This document shows, piece after piece, positions 25,430 through 37,145 of a stretch of 64,000 bases of DNA. Location of the stretch: assembly GCA_963976655.1 (NCBI GenBank), contig CAXBLB010000010.1, positions 32,725-96,724 on the forward strand, in the 5' to 3' direction. Position 1 is the stretch's first letter; each line of letters begins with the position of its first letter. Source of the stretch: an uncultured Halieaceae bacterium (GTDB lineage Bacteria; Pseudomonadota; Gammaproteobacteria; Pseudomonadales; Halieaceae). A model generated the notes under the pieces. The model was not told the DNA's origin. It did not search any database and worked only from the letters and a program-made list of their open reading frames with translations. A program made the translations under genes and the position numbers.

Positions 25430-27787
25430 GTGTGCATGGCATCGATTCCCGCGACGACATTAGGGCACAGCGTGGCGAACAGCAGCAGCTCAGACAACAT
25501 TCTCGGCCCGCGGTTACGCGAGGGCGCTTTTATCGGCGTTACCGCCATGTGCCTGTACCTGCTGCTGGCTCTGGCTAGCTACAGCGCCCGCGATCCCGGA
25601 TGGTCGGCCACGGGCTCAGATGCCTCCATCCACAATCTTGGCGGCCCTACTGGCGCGTGGCTGGCGGATGTGTCGTTTTCCCTGGTGGGCTATGCGGCCT
25701 ATCTGTTCCCGCTGCTGCTGGCCTACCGCGCACTGATCATTCTGCTGGAAAGGCACCAGTCCGCAGGTTTTGACTGGGTGACCTTTGGCATTCGCACGCT
25801 GGGGCTGGTGCTGGTGATGATCGCCGGGACCGCGCTGGCAGCCATGAATGACACTGGCGGGGGCGTACTGCCGCAGGGTGCCGGCGGCATTCTCGGACAG
25901 GCCATAGGGGATGCATTTACGCTGGCCTTCTCCGAAGTGGGCAGCCGCCTGTTGTTGCTGGCGATATTTCTTTTCGGCCTTACCATCTTTACCGACCTGA
26001 GCTGGCTGACGGTCATGGAAAAGCTCGGCGCCTGGAGCCTGGGCGCCTGGCAAACCGTGCACGGCTGGTTTCTGAATACATTGAACCGCATGCGTACGCG
26101 CCGCGAGCGTGAGCGCGCCGTAGAAGCGCGCAAGGTAGTGATCAGCGAGCACGTGGAGAAGGAGAAGAAGCGTACGCCGCCGAAGATCAAATCACTCAAT
26201 ATACCGCCCGAGAAAAGCGAGCGTGTCGAACGCGAAAAACAACAACCGCTGTTTGACGCGCCGGCCACCGGCGACCTGCCGCGTCTGGAATTACTGGACG
26301 CCCAGGAGAAGGATACCGAGCGGGGTTTCTCCAAGGAGGCGCTCGAAGGCCTGTCGAAGGTGCTCGAACTCAAGCTCGCCGATTTTGGCGTATCGGCGGA
26401 AGTGACCGCCGTTTACCCGGGCCCTGTGATCACGCGTTTCGAGATCCAGCCAGCGGCCGGCGTCAAGGTGTCGCGTATCTCTAACCTCGCCAAGGATCTT
26501 GCGCGCTCACTGGCGGTGGTCAGCGTGCGCGTGGTGGAGGTGATTCCGGGTAAATCGGTTGTGGGTATTGAGATTCCGAACGAAGATCGCCAGGTAGTGA
26601 ATTTTCGCGAGGTGTTGTCATCGAAAGCGTTTGAGCACGCCAAGTCACCGCTGACGCTCGCTCTCGGACACGATATTTCCGGGCATCCGGTAGTTGCCGA
26701 TCTGGCGAAGATGCCCCATCTACTCGTGGCGGGAACCACGGGCTCGGGGAAGTCGGTGGGCGTGAATGCCATGCTGTTGAGCCTGCTATACAAATCCGGG
26801 CCCTCGGATGTGCGGCTGATCCTGGTCGACCCGAAGATGCTTGAGCTCTCTGTCTACGACGGTATTCCTCACCTGCTCACGCCGGTAATCACAGACATGA
26901 AGGATGCAGCCAATGGCCTGCGCTGGTGCGTTGCCGAGATGGAGAGACGCTACAAGCTTATGGCGGCACTCGGGGTGCGCAATCTGGCCGGCTACAACCG
27001 CAAGGTGCTGGACGCCACCCGCGCAGGCTCGCCTATCGCCGATCCATTGTGGATACCGGATCCCATGCTTGCCCTGACAGACGAGGAACAGACGCCGCCC
27101 GACCTGGATAAACTACCGAGTATCGTTGTTGTCATCGATGAGTTCGCCGACATGATGATGATTGTCGGCAAGAAAGTGGAGCAGCTTATTGCGCGCATCG
27201 CGCAGAAAGCGCGAGCCGCCGGCATTCACCTGATTCTTGCGACACAGCGCCCCTCGGTGGATGTAATCACCGGCCTGATCAAGGCGAACATTCCGACGCG
27301 CATTGCCTTCCAGGTGTCCTCCAAGGTGGACTCGCGCACGATCCTGGACCAGGGCGGCGCCGATCAACTCCTGGGTCACGGAGACATGCTCTACCTGCCT
27401 CCGGGTAGCGGCCTGCCTGTACGCGTACACGGCGCATTCTGCAGCGATGAAGAGGTACATCGGGTGGTGGCAGACTGGCAGAAACGCGGCCAGCCTCGAT
27501 ATATAGAGGGTCTGCTGGACGAAGGTAGCGGCACGCCGGTGACGCCCGGCGAGCTACAGGCGGAATCCAGCGGTGATGATGAGGAGAGCGATGCGCTGTA
27601 CGACCAGGCGGTGCACTACGTCACCCAGAGCCGGCGTGCTTCCATCTCATCGGTACAACGTAAGCTGCGTATCGGATACAACCGCGCCGCCAGACTGATT
27701 GAAACCATGGAGATGACGGGCGTCGTCTCCGAAATGGGCACCAATGGCCAGCGCGAAGTACTGGCGCCGCCGCCACCCGAAAGCTGA
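25430..27787 (+). CDS. ftsK: DNA translocase FtsK
   Basis: 4TM N-terminus, AGTTGSGKS Walker [18 protein letters not shown], gamma domain [13 protein letters not shown]; start may be GTG at 25472. Confidence 0.96.
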   Translation: MCMASIPATTLGHSVANSSSSDNILGPRLREGAFIGVTAMCLYLLLALASYSARDPGWSATGSDASIHNLGGPTGAWLADVSFSLVGYAAYLFPLLLAYRALIILLERHQSAGFDWVTFGIRTLGLVLVMIAGTALAAMNDTGGGVLPQGAGGILGQAIGDAFTLAFSEVGSRLLLLAIFLFGLTIFTDLSWLTVMEKLGAWSLGAWQTVHGWFLNTLNRMRTRRERERAVEARKVVISEHVEKEKKRTPPKIKSLNIPPEKSERVEREKQQPLFDAPATGDLPRLELLDAQEKDTERGFSKEALEGLSKVLELKLADFGVSAEVTAVYPGPVITRFEIQPAAGVKVSRISNLAKDLARSLAVVSVRVVEVIPGKSVVGIEIPNEDRQVVNFREVLSSKAFEHAKSPLTLALGHDISGHPVVADLAKMPHLLVAGTTGSGKSVGVNAMLLSLLYKSGPSDVRLILVDPKMLELSVYDGIPHLLTPVITDMKDAANGLRWCVAEMERRYKLMAALGVRNLAGYNRKVLDATRAGSPIADPLWIPDPMLALTDEEQTPPDLDKLPSIVVVIDEFADMMMIVGKKVEQLIARIAQKARAAGIHLILATQRPSVDVITGLIKANIPTRIAFQVSSKVDSRTILDQGGADQLLGHGDMLYLPPGSGLPVRVHGAFCSDEEVHRVVADWQKRGQPRYIEGLLDEGSGTPVTPGELQAESSGDDEESDALYDQAVHYVTQSRRASISSVQRKLRIGYNRAARLIETMEMTGVVSEMGTNGQREVLAPPPPES

Positions 27788-27803
27788 TCACAGCGAGAAC
27801 GGC

Positions 27804-28436
27804 ATGCGAAAATATCTTCTGAGTCTGTGCCTGTGTCTGACCCTGGGGCCGTGGTTGTCCGCCGCCGCGAGTGCGAGCGAGCAGGACGGAGCAGAAGCCC
27901 TGATTGAGGCTCTCGCGGGCCTGGAGCATTTGCAGGGCAACTTCGAACAGCGGCAATTCGATACCGGAGACACATTGATTGCCGAGTCAAAGGGCCGTTT
28001 CAAGCTGTTGCGGCCGGGCTATTTCTCCTGGGAGATCACTGCCCCCGACAGCCAGATCGTGATCGCGACGCCGGAATACCTGTGGCACTACGACCGCGAC
28101 CTGGAGACGGTTACCCGACGCCCGGTAGCCTCCGGGGGCGGAACAACGCCGCTACAGATTCTGGGTGGGAACGCGCAGGCCCTGCGCCGCGATTTTCTGA
28201 TCTCACCCATTGAACCGGGTGTCTTCTTCCTCGAATCGCTCGACAGCGAAGTCGGATTCGAAACCATGACGTTGACCCTGGATAAAGGACGCCCCTCGCG
28301 CATGGATATCCGCGACAACCTCAAACAGCGAGTGGTGGTGGATTTCCTGGAACTCGACGGCAGTACCCCACTAACGCCAGAGGATTTCGCCTTCGAGCCG
28401 CCCCCCGGAGTCGATCTTTTTCATTATGACGAGTGA
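27804..28436 (+). CDS. lolA: Outer membrane lipoprotein carrier protein LolA
   Basis: Signal peptide, FEQ...G.F.L.RPG.F.W, W.YD.DLE.VT, C-terminal F.F.PP.GVD; follows ftsK. Confidence 0.9.
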   Translation: MRKYLLSLCLCLTLGPWLSAAASASEQDGAEALIEALAGLEHLQGNFEQRQFDTGDTLIAESKGRFKLLRPGYFSWEITAPDSQIVIATPEYLWHYDRDLETVTRRPVASGGGTTPLQILGGNAQALRRDFLISPIEPGVFFLESLDSEVGFETMTLTLDKGRPSRMDIRDNLKQRVVVDFLELDGSTPLTPEDFAFEPPPGVDLFHYDE

Positions 28437-29757
28437 CCTGTTTCAGGGGCCGGCGAACGCGAAGGAGGGCCCGGGTGCCTACCAGCCGCTGGCGGCGCGG
28501 GTGCGGCCCACATCCTTACACGGGTACGTCGGGCAGGATCACCTGTTGGCAGAGGGAAAGCCCCTGCGAACCGCGATCGATAGTGGGCAGTTGCATTCCA
28601 TGGTGCTCTGGGGCCCTCCGGGTACCGGTAAAACTACGCTGGCACGCCTCGCTGCAGAACGGGCCGACGCGCACTTTTTGCAATTGTCCGCGGTGCTTGG
28701 CGGCGTGCGGGACATTCGCGAAGCGATCGCCGTAGCGCAGCGTGAACGTGCGGTGGGGCGCAACACGGTGCTGTTTGTCGACGAGGTGCACCGCTTCAAC
28801 AAATCACAGCAGGATGCCTTCCTGCCCTATGTAGAGGACGGCACGCTCATATTTATCGGTGCAACCACCGAAAACCCCGCCTTTGAACTGAACAACGCTC
28901 TGCTTTCCAGAGCCCGGGTTTACAAGCTCAGATCACTGCAGCCCGAAGAGCTGGAAAGCGTGCTCCTGCAGGGGGTTGCGGGGTTGCAGCCACCAGTGAC
29001 CGTGGCCGATGGCTGTCTCGCCCGTATGGCGGCCTGCGCCGATGGCGACGCGCGCCGGGCGCTCAACCTGTTGGAGCTTGCCGCGGACATGGCCGAGCAG
29101 GGCCGGATAGACGACCAGACCCTGGACGAGGTGCTGCAGGCGTCCCTACGGCGTTTCGACAAGGGCGGTGATCAGTTTTACGATCAGATCAGCGCCCTGC
29201 ACAAGGCGGTTCGCGGCAGTTCGCCTGATGCGGCGCTGTACTGGTTCTGTCGCATGCTGGATGGCGGATGCGACCCGCTTTACCTGGCGCGCCGCGTGGT
29301 ACGCATGGCGAGTGAAGATATTGGCAACGCCGATCCGCGCGCGCTCGGGCTGGCACTGGACGCCTGGCAGGTGCAGGAACGCCTGGGAAGTCCGGAAGGG
29401 GAACTGGCGGTGGCCCAGGCCATTGTCTACCTGGCCAGTGCCGCCAAGAGCAACGCGGTATACACGGCATTCAACGCCGCCCGGGAGGATGTCGAAGCGT
29501 CTGGCACGCAGGAAGTTCCATTGCATCTGCGCAATGCCCCCACGGCGCTCGCAAAATCCCTGTCGCATGGCGCAGGCTACCGCTATGCGCATGACGAGGA
29601 GGACGGCTACGCGGCGGGCGAGAACTATTTCCCCGAGGCGCTGCGTGAACGGCGCTACTACTTCCCGGTGGCGCGCGGCCTCGAGCAGCAGATCAGCGAC
29701 AAGCTGGAGTACCTGCGCAGCAAAGACAAACACAGTACAATGCAGCGCTACGAGTAG
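28426..29757 (+). CDS. rarA: Replication-associated recombination protein A (MgsA/RarA)
   Basis: [42 protein letters not shown]. Confidence 0.95.
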   Translation: MTSDLFQGPANAKEGPGAYQPLAARVRPTSLHGYVGQDHLLAEGKPLRTAIDSGQLHSMVLWGPPGTGKTTLARLAAERADAHFLQLSAVLGGVRDIREAIAVAQRERAVGRNTVLFVDEVHRFNKSQQDAFLPYVEDGTLIFIGATTENPAFELNNALLSRARVYKLRSLQPEELESVLLQGVAGLQPPVTVADGCLARMAACADGDARRALNLLELAADMAEQGRIDDQTLDEVLQASLRRFDKGGDQFYDQISALHKAVRGSSPDAALYWFCRMLDGGCDPLYLARRVVRMASEDIGNADPRALGLALDAWQVQERLGSPEGELAVAQAIVYLASAAKSNAVYTAFNAAREDVEASGTQEVPLHLRNAPTALAKSLSHGAGYRYAHDEEDGYAAGENYFPEALRERRYYFPVARGLEQQISDKLEYLRSKDKHSTMQRYE

Positions 29758-29774
29758 CGCGCCCCGGCAACGTC

Positions 29775-30152
29775 ATGAAATACCTTCTATTTGTCGCCCT
29801 CGGTGGCGCATCCGGCGCAGTATCACGGCACCTCCTGGCCAACTGGGTACACGGTCTATGGGAGGGAAAGCTCCCCCTGGGCACGCTGCTGGTCAATCTG
29901 CTTGGCTCCTTCGCAATCGGCATCATCTATGTTCTGATTGTCGAAAAGGAACTGCTTCACCCCGATTGGCGAGGCGTATTGATGGTGGGATTTGTGGGCG
30001 CATTCACCACCTTCTCCACCTTCTCGCTGGAGGCAATTGGCCTGTTCGAAGCCGGCCACCCCGGCCACGCGGTGGCCTATATGTTTGCCAGCGCGGTGCT
30101 GTGTGTCGTCATGGCCGGAATCGCCATGCACCTGACGCGCGCGGTGTTGTGA
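29775..30152 (+). CDS. crcB: Fluoride efflux channel Fluc/CrcB
   Basis: ALGGASGAVSRH, GTLLVNLLGSF, GFVGAFTTFSTFS. Confidence 0.93.
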   Translation: MKYLLFVALGGASGAVSRHLLANWVHGLWEGKLPLGTLLVNLLGSFAIGIIYVLIVEKELLHPDWRGVLMVGFVGAFTTFSTFSLEAIGLFEAGHPGHAVAYMFASAVLCVVMAGIAMHLTRAVL

Positions 30153-30216
30153 CAGGCGCGCGCACGAGGCAATTGGCTGCGTATTGTTTAATCCATCCAC
30201 AAACGGGAAATAGTGC

Positions 30217-31515
30217 ATGCTGGACATCAAGACTGTCAGAAAGGACCCCGCTGCAGTGGCACAGGCGCTGGCGCGACGTGGACTGCGTTTTGATGTAGAG
30301 CAGTTCCTCGAACTGGATGCCAGACGCAAGCAGGCCGACATGGACAGCCAGAACCTGTTGGCAGAGCGCAAGAGTGCCTCGAAGAAAATCGGCGTACTGG
30401 TCAGCGAAGGTGTAAGTGTTGAAGACGCCAAGGCGCAGGTGAATGCAACGCTGGAGAAAATAGCCGGGCAACTGGACGCGCTGACCCTGCAGGCAAAGCA
30501 GGCCCAGGAAGCACTCGACAGCCTGTTGCTCGAGACGCCCAACCTGCCGGCGCAGGAGGTGCCCGATGGCGCCAGCGAAGCTGAAAATCTGGAACTGTCT
30601 CGCTGGGGTGAGCCTCCCGAGTTCGATTTTGAAGCCCTGGATCACGTAGCACTGGGTGAGGCGCTGGGCCAGCTGGATGGCGAGACCGCGGGCAAGATCA
30701 CCGGGTCGCGGTTCGTCGTCATGTACCACGGGCTCGCGAGGCTGCACCGGGCGCTGGTGCAGTTCATGCTCGATCTGCATACAGGTGAGCACGGCTATGT
30801 TGAAGTGTATGTGCCTTACATCGTCAATCGTGCTTCCTTGGTAGGCACCGGGAACCTGCCCAAATTCGAGGCGGATCTGTTTCGTTTACATGCAGATCAG
30901 CCGCTGTACCTGATTCCTACCGCGGAGGTTCCTGTTACGAATATCGCGCGGGAGAGAATTTTCGAAGCATCTGAGATGGGGGATCGCGGCCTGCGTTTTG
31001 CCGCGCACACGCCCTGTTTTCGCAGCGAGGCAGGCAGCTATGGCAAGGATGTGCGCGGCATGATTCGCCAGCATCAGTTTGAGAAGGTCGAACTGGTGCA
31101 GCTCGTGCGCCCCGCGGATTCCAGCGCGGCGCTCGAAGAGCTCACAGGCCACGCCGAAAGAGTGCTGCAGCTGCTTGGCCTGGCCTATCGCAAGGTTGCC
31201 CTGTGCGCGGGTGACCTGGGCTTTTCGGCCCGGCGCACTTACGATCTGGAAGTCTGGTTGCCGGGCCAGGCGGCCTACCGCGAAATCTCCTCCTGTTCGA
31301 GTTTTGGTGATTATCAGGCGCGGCGCATGCAGGCGCGCTGGCGCAACCCCGACACAGGGAAGCCGGAACTGCTGCATACCCTTAACGGCTCCGGCCTGGC
31401 CATTGGCCGGACTCTGGTTGCTATCATGGAGAATTACCAGCGCGCGGATGGCAGTATCAGCATCCCCGAGGTCCTGCGGGGTTATATGGGCGGCCAGTCG
31501 CTGCTCACAGCTTGA
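30217..31515 (+). CDS. serS: Serine-tRNA ligase
   Basis: [42 protein letters not shown]. Confidence 0.97.
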   Translation: MLDIKTVRKDPAAVAQALARRGLRFDVEQFLELDARRKQADMDSQNLLAERKSASKKIGVLVSEGVSVEDAKAQVNATLEKIAGQLDALTLQAKQAQEALDSLLLETPNLPAQEVPDGASEAENLELSRWGEPPEFDFEALDHVALGEALGQLDGETAGKITGSRFVVMYHGLARLHRALVQFMLDLHTGEHGYVEVYVPYIVNRASLVGTGNLPKFEADLFRLHADQPLYLIPTAEVPVTNIARERIFEASEMGDRGLRFAAHTPCFRSEAGSYGKDVRGMIRQHQFEKVELVQLVRPADSSAALEELTGHAERVLQLLGLAYRKVALCAGDLGFSARRTYDLEVWLPGQAAYREISSCSSFGDYQARRMQARWRNPDTGKPELLHTLNGSGLAIGRTLVAIMENYQRADGSISIPEVLRGYMGGQSLLTA

Positions 31516-31581
31516 AGGTCTGTATGCCGATATTTAAAGCGGTCGTGGCACGGAAATCCGGTGGCGTGAGAGCATAACGCC

Positions 31582-32967
31582 ATGGAGTATCTGCCCCTGT
31601 GCATGCAACTCACTGGCCAGCCGGTGCTGTTGGTTGGGGGTGGAGTGGTTGCCGTGCGCAAGGCCCGGCTGCTGCTGCGCGCCGGCGCGCAACTCAGCGT
31701 GGTCGCGCCCGTCATCTGCGATGAGATGCGCGAGCTGGTGCATGCGCACAACAGTCAGTGGAAAAGTGCGGGGTATCAGGCCGAGGATCTTGCCGGTGTC
31801 AGGCTGGTGGTTGCGGCCACCAACGATGCAAATGTCAACCTGCAGGTGTCAGGGGATGCCAGCGAGCGCGGCATTCCCGTCAATGTGGTGGATGCCCCGG
31901 AATTGTGCTCGGTGATATTTCCCGCGATTGTGGATCGCAATCCCATGCTTGTGGCCATCAGCAGCAGCGGTCGCAGCCCAGTTCTGGCGCGTGCGTTGCG
32001 CCGCAACATTGAGGCCATGCTGCCGGCCGCACTTGGCCGGCTCGCCGATTTTGCCGGGGCACAGCGCGATCTGGTAAAAGAGGCGCTACCTGAAGAATCG
32101 TCACGGCGCCTGTTCTGGGAGCAGGTGCTGGAGAGCAATGTCGCCGAGTTGGTGCTCGCCGGTCGCGAGGAAGAGGCGCTCGCTTCCCTGCGCGAGAGCC
32201 TCAGGGATTCCGCGGTGTTGAAGCAGGGTGAAGTCTACCTGATCGGGGCAGGGCCCGGGGATCCCGATCTGCTGACTTTCAAGGCAGCCCGGCTGTTGCA
32301 GCGCGCCGACGTGGTCCTGTACGACCGCCTGGTGAACCCCGTGATCGTGGATATGGCGAGACGCGATGCCGAGCGGATTTACGTGGGCAAGCGGCGCGCG
32401 GAGCACACGCTGCCCCAGGACGAAATCAATCGCTTGCTGGTGGATCTGGCGAAATCCGGCAAGCGCGTGGTGCGCTTGAAGGGTGGAGATCCGTTTGTGT
32501 TTGGACGCGGCGGCGAGGAGATCGACCTGCTGGCGCGCGAGAACATTCCTTTCCAGGTTGTGCCAGGCATCACGGCGGCCAACGGAGCGGCCTGTTACGC
32601 CGGCATCCCGCTGACCCACCGTGACCATGCTCAGTCGGTACGTTTCGTTGCGGGCTACCTGAAAGGCAATAAAGTTGAGCATGACTGGACGCAATTCCAG
32701 TCAACAACGGAGACACTGGTATTTTATATGGGGCTGGTAGGTCTGCCCGTCATCTGCGAACAGCTGATGGCGCATGGCCGGAGTCCGGAGACGCCGGCCG
32801 CACTGGTGGAGCGGGCAACCTTGCCGGAGCAGCGCGTGCTGACGGGATCGCTGGTCACCTTGCCCGGGATCGTGGCACGTGAAGAGCCCTCTGCGCCCAC
32901 ACTATTGATTATCGGCGGCGTGGTGAATCTGCACGCTTCGCTGTCCTGGTTCAGTCCCGATGCCTGA
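31582..32967 (+). CDS. cysG: Siroheme synthase (multifunctional)
   Basis: N-terminal dehydrogenase/chelatase VGGGVVA; C-terminal methyltransferase GAGPGDPDLLT, RLKGGDPFVFGRGGEE. Confidence 0.95.
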   Translation: MEYLPLCMQLTGQPVLLVGGGVVAVRKARLLLRAGAQLSVVAPVICDEMRELVHAHNSQWKSAGYQAEDLAGVRLVVAATNDANVNLQVSGDASERGIPVNVVDAPELCSVIFPAIVDRNPMLVAISSSGRSPVLARALRRNIEAMLPAALGRLADFAGAQRDLVKEALPEESSRRLFWEQVLESNVAELVLAGREEEALASLRESLRDSAVLKQGEVYLIGAGPGDPDLLTFKAARLLQRADVVLYDRLVNPVIVDMARRDAERIYVGKRRAEHTLPQDEINRLLVDLAKSGKRVVRLKGGDPFVFGRGGEEIDLLARENIPFQVVPGITAANGAACYAGIPLTHRDHAQSVRFVAGYLKGNKVEHDWTQFQSTTETLVFYMGLVGLPVICEQLMAHGRSPETPAALVERATLPEQRVLTGSLVTLPGIVAREEPSAPTLLIIGGVVNLHASLSWFSPDA

Positions 32968-33024
32968 GCAGCGCCAGTGACAGCAGCACGGACTCTCTCA
33001 CTATCACACAACGGACCCCGATAA

Positions 33025-35148
33025 TTACAGAGGCTCCGGGGCTTCCTGTTTGGAGTTGTGCACGGCAAAGCGTTGCTGCTTGAGCATCAGGGCATCCGCC
33101 AGTACGTGCGCGGCCTCGAGCAGGAGTACATCGTCGGCGGCGTTTGGATCTTCAGAGAACATGAGCGGGTCTTCGAGCTCATCGCTCTCCTCACCCTCGT
33201 CTTCAAGCGCGCTCAGGAGTTCTTCACCTTTGGCCTTGCGCCGTTTGTTCTCGATCGAAAGCACCTTGCTTTCCTGATCGTCACGCAACGCAATGCGCGA
33301 TTTCTCATTCAGCGGCAACTCAGTAATCTTGCGCGTCTCCCGGGCGAGCGCCACCTGGTCTTCGAGGAAGACGAAATCCGGGTTACGCGCGCTACGGGCG
33401 TGAAACTGTTCGTTGACCGCGGGCAGGACCGTTGACAGATCGTTGTAGCTGCGATGCCTCACCGGGTTTATCTGATCCCAGCTGAGAGCGCGATCCAGGG
33501 CGCTTTCGCCGACTTCCTCGATGTTATACAGCGTTGGGAACGTGACATCCGGCACTACACCGCGATGCTGGGTGCTCTCACCCGAAATGCGGTAGAACTT
33601 GCTTTCGGTAATTTTCAGTTGTCCCTCGGTCAGCGGTATGAGGGTTTGCACAGTGCCTTTGCCAAATGAGCGGTCGCCGACGATGATTCCGCGCTGGTAA
33701 TCCTGAATGGCGCCTGCAAATATTTCCGATGCCGAGGCGCTCAGGCGATTAACCAGCACAACCAGCGGCCCGTCGTAGTAATCGCTTTTCAGTCGCTTGC
33801 CGTCGCGCCATACGCGGCGGGAGGAGTGCCGAATCTGCACAGTCGGGCCATACTCAATGAACAGGCCGGTGAGTTCGTTGGCTTCCTGCAGCGAGCCTCC
33901 ACCGTTGTTGCGCAGGTCCACGACAATACCTTCGACGTTGTCTGCCTGCAGTTCATCCAGCAACTTTCTCACGTCCCGTGTGGTGCTCTTGTAGTCCTTC
34001 TCGCCGCGCCGCATGGCATCAAAATCGATGTAGAAGGCGGGAATGGTTATTACGCCGATCTTGATGGGGTGTTCACCGTTGGGAATTTCCAGAATTTTCT
34101 TCTGTGCGGACTGTTCTTCCAGCTTCACCTTGTTGCGCACAATGGTAATGAGCTTGCGCTGATCGGAGGTTTTGGCCTTTGCCGGGATGACCTCCAGGCG
34201 AACAGTGGAATCTTTCGGCCCCCGAATGAGCTCTACGACTTCGTCAAGCCGCCAGCCGATGACGTCCTCCATGGCGCCTCCCTGGCCCTGGCCCACCGCT
34301 ACGATGCGGTCTGAAGGCTGCAATTCGCCCTGTTTGTCGGCCGGCCCCTTGGCCACCAGACGGGCCACCTTGGTGTACTCGTCCTCGGTTTGCAGCACAG
34401 CGCCAATACCTTCCAGCGAAAGGCTCATGTTGATATTGAAGTTTTCCGAGCGCCGCGGCGACAGGTAGTTGGTATGGGGGTCGTACAGCTCCGTAAGCGA
34501 ATTGGCGAAGATCTGGAAGACATCCTGGCTGTTGTACTGCCGCACCCGTGAAAGCTGGCTTTCGTAGCGCTTTTTCAGCGTAGGCGTGATTTCCTCATCC
34601 GGCTTGTCAGCCAGTCGCAGGCTCAATACCTGGTTCTTCAACTGCTTGCGCCAGCGCTCGTCAAGTTCTTCAGCAGACTTCGCCCAGGGCCGTTGCTCGG
34701 CATCCAGTTCATAGAATTCATCGCGGTTGAAGTCCATCGCGGCGATCGTCGCGGGCAGGTCGGCTATAAGGCTTTCCAGGCGCGCCTCCAGCCGCTGCTG
34801 GAAGCGATTGAAAATCACGAAACCGGCCTCCAGCTCTCCCTTGGGAAGCTGGTCGTCCATCACCAGGCGGTATTTTTCGAACTCCGCAATGTCCTCGGCC
34901 GTAAAAAACATGCGGCTGCGATCCAGGCTTTCGATGTAGCTGTCCAGATGTTGCGAGGAGAGTGCGTCCGTATAGGCCAGTGAGGCATAGTGGCGATCTT
35001 CGAGCTGGTCCAGCAACTCAACAATTGTCTCTCGCTGTCCATCGGAATAATCAATGACCGCCCAGACGGGATTGCTGAACAGGCCGCACACGATCAGAAG
35101 GGCGGCAAGGCGACGCAGGGCAGTGTTCACGGGGTTAACTGGGATCAA
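33025..35148 (-). CDS. prc: Tail-specific (carboxy-terminal) protease Prc
   Basis: DPHTNYLSP, PDZ domain, DLRNNGGGSL, S41 catalytic SASASEIFAG, FGKGTVQ. Confidence 0.93.
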   Translation of the reverse strand: MIPVNPVNTALRRLAALLIVCGLFSNPVWAVIDYSDGQRETIVELLDQLEDRHYASLAYTDALSSQHLDSYIESLDRSRMFFTAEDIAEFEKYRLVMDDQLPKGELEAGFVIFNRFQQRLEARLESLIADLPATIAAMDFNRDEFYELDAEQRPWAKSAEELDERWRKQLKNQVLSLRLADKPDEEITPTLKKRYESQLSRVRQYNSQDVFQIFANSLTELYDPHTNYLSPRRSENFNINMSLSLEGIGAVLQTEDEYTKVARLVAKGPADKQGELQPSDRIVAVGQGQGGAMEDVIGWRLDEVVELIRGPKDSTVRLEVIPAKAKTSDQRKLITIVRNKVKLEEQSAQKKILEIPNGEHPIKIGVITIPAFYIDFDAMRRGEKDYKSTTRDVRKLLDELQADNVEGIVVDLRNNGGGSLQEANELTGLFIEYGPTVQIRHSSRRVWRDGKRLKSDYYDGPLVVLVNRLSASASEIFAGAIQDYQRGIIVGDRSFGKGTVQTLIPLTEGQLKITESKFYRISGESTQHRGVVPDVTFPTLYNIEEVGESALDRALSWDQINPVRHRSYNDLSTVLPAVNEQFHARSARNPDFVFLEDQVALARETRKITELPLNEKSRIALRDDQESKVLSIENKRRKAKGEELLSALEDEGEESDELEDPLMFSEDPNAADDVLLLEAAHVLADALMLKQQRFAVHNSKQEAPEPL

Positions 35149-35485
35149 GGGACCAATACTCGGGTTGTTGAACGAAGATTATACAATTCTAGTGCCCGCC
35201 GGGGCTGCTGAAAAAGGTACTTTTATAGATTGCGTGATGGCGAAAAAGTTCGGCCTGTCACTACTGGCCATTGCACCTGGCCAGCAAATCCCCCGGCGGT
35301 CTGCACCCGGCGATTTGCCCGCGCTCCATACGGCCTCGAATTGCAACACCGTACTCTGATTATAGGTTACATATTCCCGGAGGTACACGGTCGGTTCCGT
35401 GAAGTAGATCACCTCCGGAGCGCTTGCCTGCGCGCCTTCGCCGATCCGCCGGCTGTTGCGTGCATTTGCATTGCCTGGAGTTTAA

Positions 35486-35502
35486 TGGCACATTTTGTGC
35501 CA
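35486..35502. promoter_or_regulatory. Palindrome TGGCACA-TTT-TGTGCCA; possible operator or two-way sigma54 site
   Basis: Perfect 7-bp arms; reads GG-N10-GC on both strands; about 57 nt upstream of the GST-like gene. Confidence 0.4.
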
Positions 35503-35558
35503 CATTATCCGGTGGCAAAACCGCCAATAACAGCGCCGATCCTGACGGGGCAGCTGCA

Positions 35559-36671
35559 ATGACAATGGATTACACCCTCTACGGTAGCGATCATTCCCTG
35601 TTCACGGGCAAGGTGCGGGCCTACCTGCGTTATAAGGGGTTGGCGTTTGAAGAGCGTCTGGCCACCCGGGACATCTATAAAAACGTCATATTGCCCAATA
35701 TCGGTGCACCAATTATCCCGGTGCTGGAAACGGCGGCGGGCGAGTTTGTTCAGGACACCACCGACATCATCGACTTTCTCGAGGCGCGCCATCCCGAGGC
35801 GCCGGTGTACCCGCAGGCGCCCGTACAGCGCCTGGTGGCACTGTTGCTGGAAATGTTTGGTGACGAATGGCTGATCATACCGGCCATGCATTATCGCTGG
35901 AGTGTGATTGATCAGCAGTATGAGTTTGTGATGGCGGAGTTTGGCCGTCTCAGCAACCCCGAGGCCAGTCACGCGGAGCAGGTCAGCCTTGGAGAGCGGC
36001 TGTCGAAACCTTTCAGTGGCATGCTGCCGGCCCTGGGCATTACCCCGGATACGATCCCCGGCATTGAAGCGGCCTATCTGCAGCTGCTGGATCAACTCGA
36101 GCTGCATTTCGCGCAACATGCTTTCCTGCTGGGTTCACGACCCTGCATCGGCGACTACGGCTTCATGGGGCCGTTGTATGCGCACCTTGGGCGCGACCCC
36201 GTGCCGCTGGCGATCATGAAGAAGCGGGCACCCCATGTGCACGCCTGGGTGGAACGCATGAACGACCCGCTGCCTTGCAGCGGTGAGTTTCTCGCACAGG
36301 ACGAGATTCCGGAAACCCTGATTCCCATATTACAGACTCTCTGCCTTGACCAGTTACCGGACGTGCTGGATGTCGTGGAAAGCAACAGGCGCTGGCTACA
36401 GGACAACCCGGGGGGCAGTATCCCCCGATTTCTGGGGATGCATCCGTTCACCTTTGGCGCCGCCCGGGGTGAGCGGGTTGTCAGCAGCTATGTGCAGTGG
36501 CTGTTTCAGCGCCCCTGGCGCCACTACCAGAACCTCGGCGACAGCGAGCGCGCGAGCGTCGATACCCTCCTGATGCGTATCGGGGGCCTGCCTGCGTTAC
36601 AGTGCGCGCTGCCACACTGGCTGGTGCGCTGTCCCGGACAGCTGGAGCTGGTGGAGGGCGCACCGCACTGA
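35559..36671 (+). CDS. Glutathione S-transferase-family protein (long, about 370 aa)
   Basis: LYGSDHSLFTGKVRAYLRYK, cis-Pro IIPV, DTTDII, C-domain FLLGSRPCIGDYGF. Confidence 0.8.
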   Translation: MTMDYTLYGSDHSLFTGKVRAYLRYKGLAFEERLATRDIYKNVILPNIGAPIIPVLETAAGEFVQDTTDIIDFLEARHPEAPVYPQAPVQRLVALLLEMFGDEWLIIPAMHYRWSVIDQQYEFVMAEFGRLSNPEASHAEQVSLGERLSKPFSGMLPALGITPDTIPGIEAAYLQLLDQLELHFAQHAFLLGSRPCIGDYGFMGPLYAHLGRDPVPLAIMKKRAPHVHAWVERMNDPLPCSGEFLAQDEIPETLIPILQTLCLDQLPDVLDVVESNRRWLQDNPGGSIPRFLGMHPFTFGAARGERVVSSYVQWLFQRPWRHYQNLGDSERASVDTLLMRIGGLPALQCALPHWLVRCPGQLELVEGAPH

Positions 36672-36728
36672 ACACGGCGCCGGCTGAAGCCGTCGCGCGC
36701 AACACACACCATAAAAATGGAGAAAACC

Positions 36729-37109
36729 ATGCTCGATAAAAGTGTCAAGATACTGGTGATTCTGGCAAGTACACTGCTGCTGGTGAGCGGTATACGCTGG
36801 CTCGTCGATCCCGCGGGATCGGCAGCCGGACTGGGAATGCCCTTGCTGGATGGTATTGGGAGAAGCTCCCAGATCGGCGACCTCAGTGCGTTTTTTCTTG
36901 TTGCCGGCGGCTTTGGCCTGCTGGGCGTCCTGCGGGGCAATGCCACGCTGCTGTACACGCCCGCAGCTTTGGTGGGAGCGGCCGCCGTGCTGCGTATTCT
37001 CGCCACGCTGCTGCACGATGCCGGGCTGGCCACGCAGCTGATTGCCGTCGAAGCGGTGCTGTTGGTGATATTTGTCGCAGGCGCACAGCGTGCTCAACGC
37101 ATCCCCTAA
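36729..37109 (+). CDS. Small 4-TM membrane protein (DUF4345-like)
   Basis: Four hydrophobic segments; GGAG RBS before ATG at 36729; family guess from memory. Confidence 0.6.
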   Translation: MLDKSVKILVILASTLLLVSGIRWLVDPAGSAAGLGMPLLDGIGRSSQIGDLSAFFLVAGGFGLLGVLRGNATLLYTPAALVGAAAVLRILATLLHDAGLATQLIAVEAVLLVIFVAGAQRAQRIP

Positions 37110-37145
37110 ACATGGCGGGGCGCATTGCCCGCAGGGAGAACAATA

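Noticed and set aside
35179-35412. 77-aa ORF upstream of prc
   Set aside because: GGAGG sits directly against the GTG with no spacing and there is no recognisable homology; likely promoter DNA
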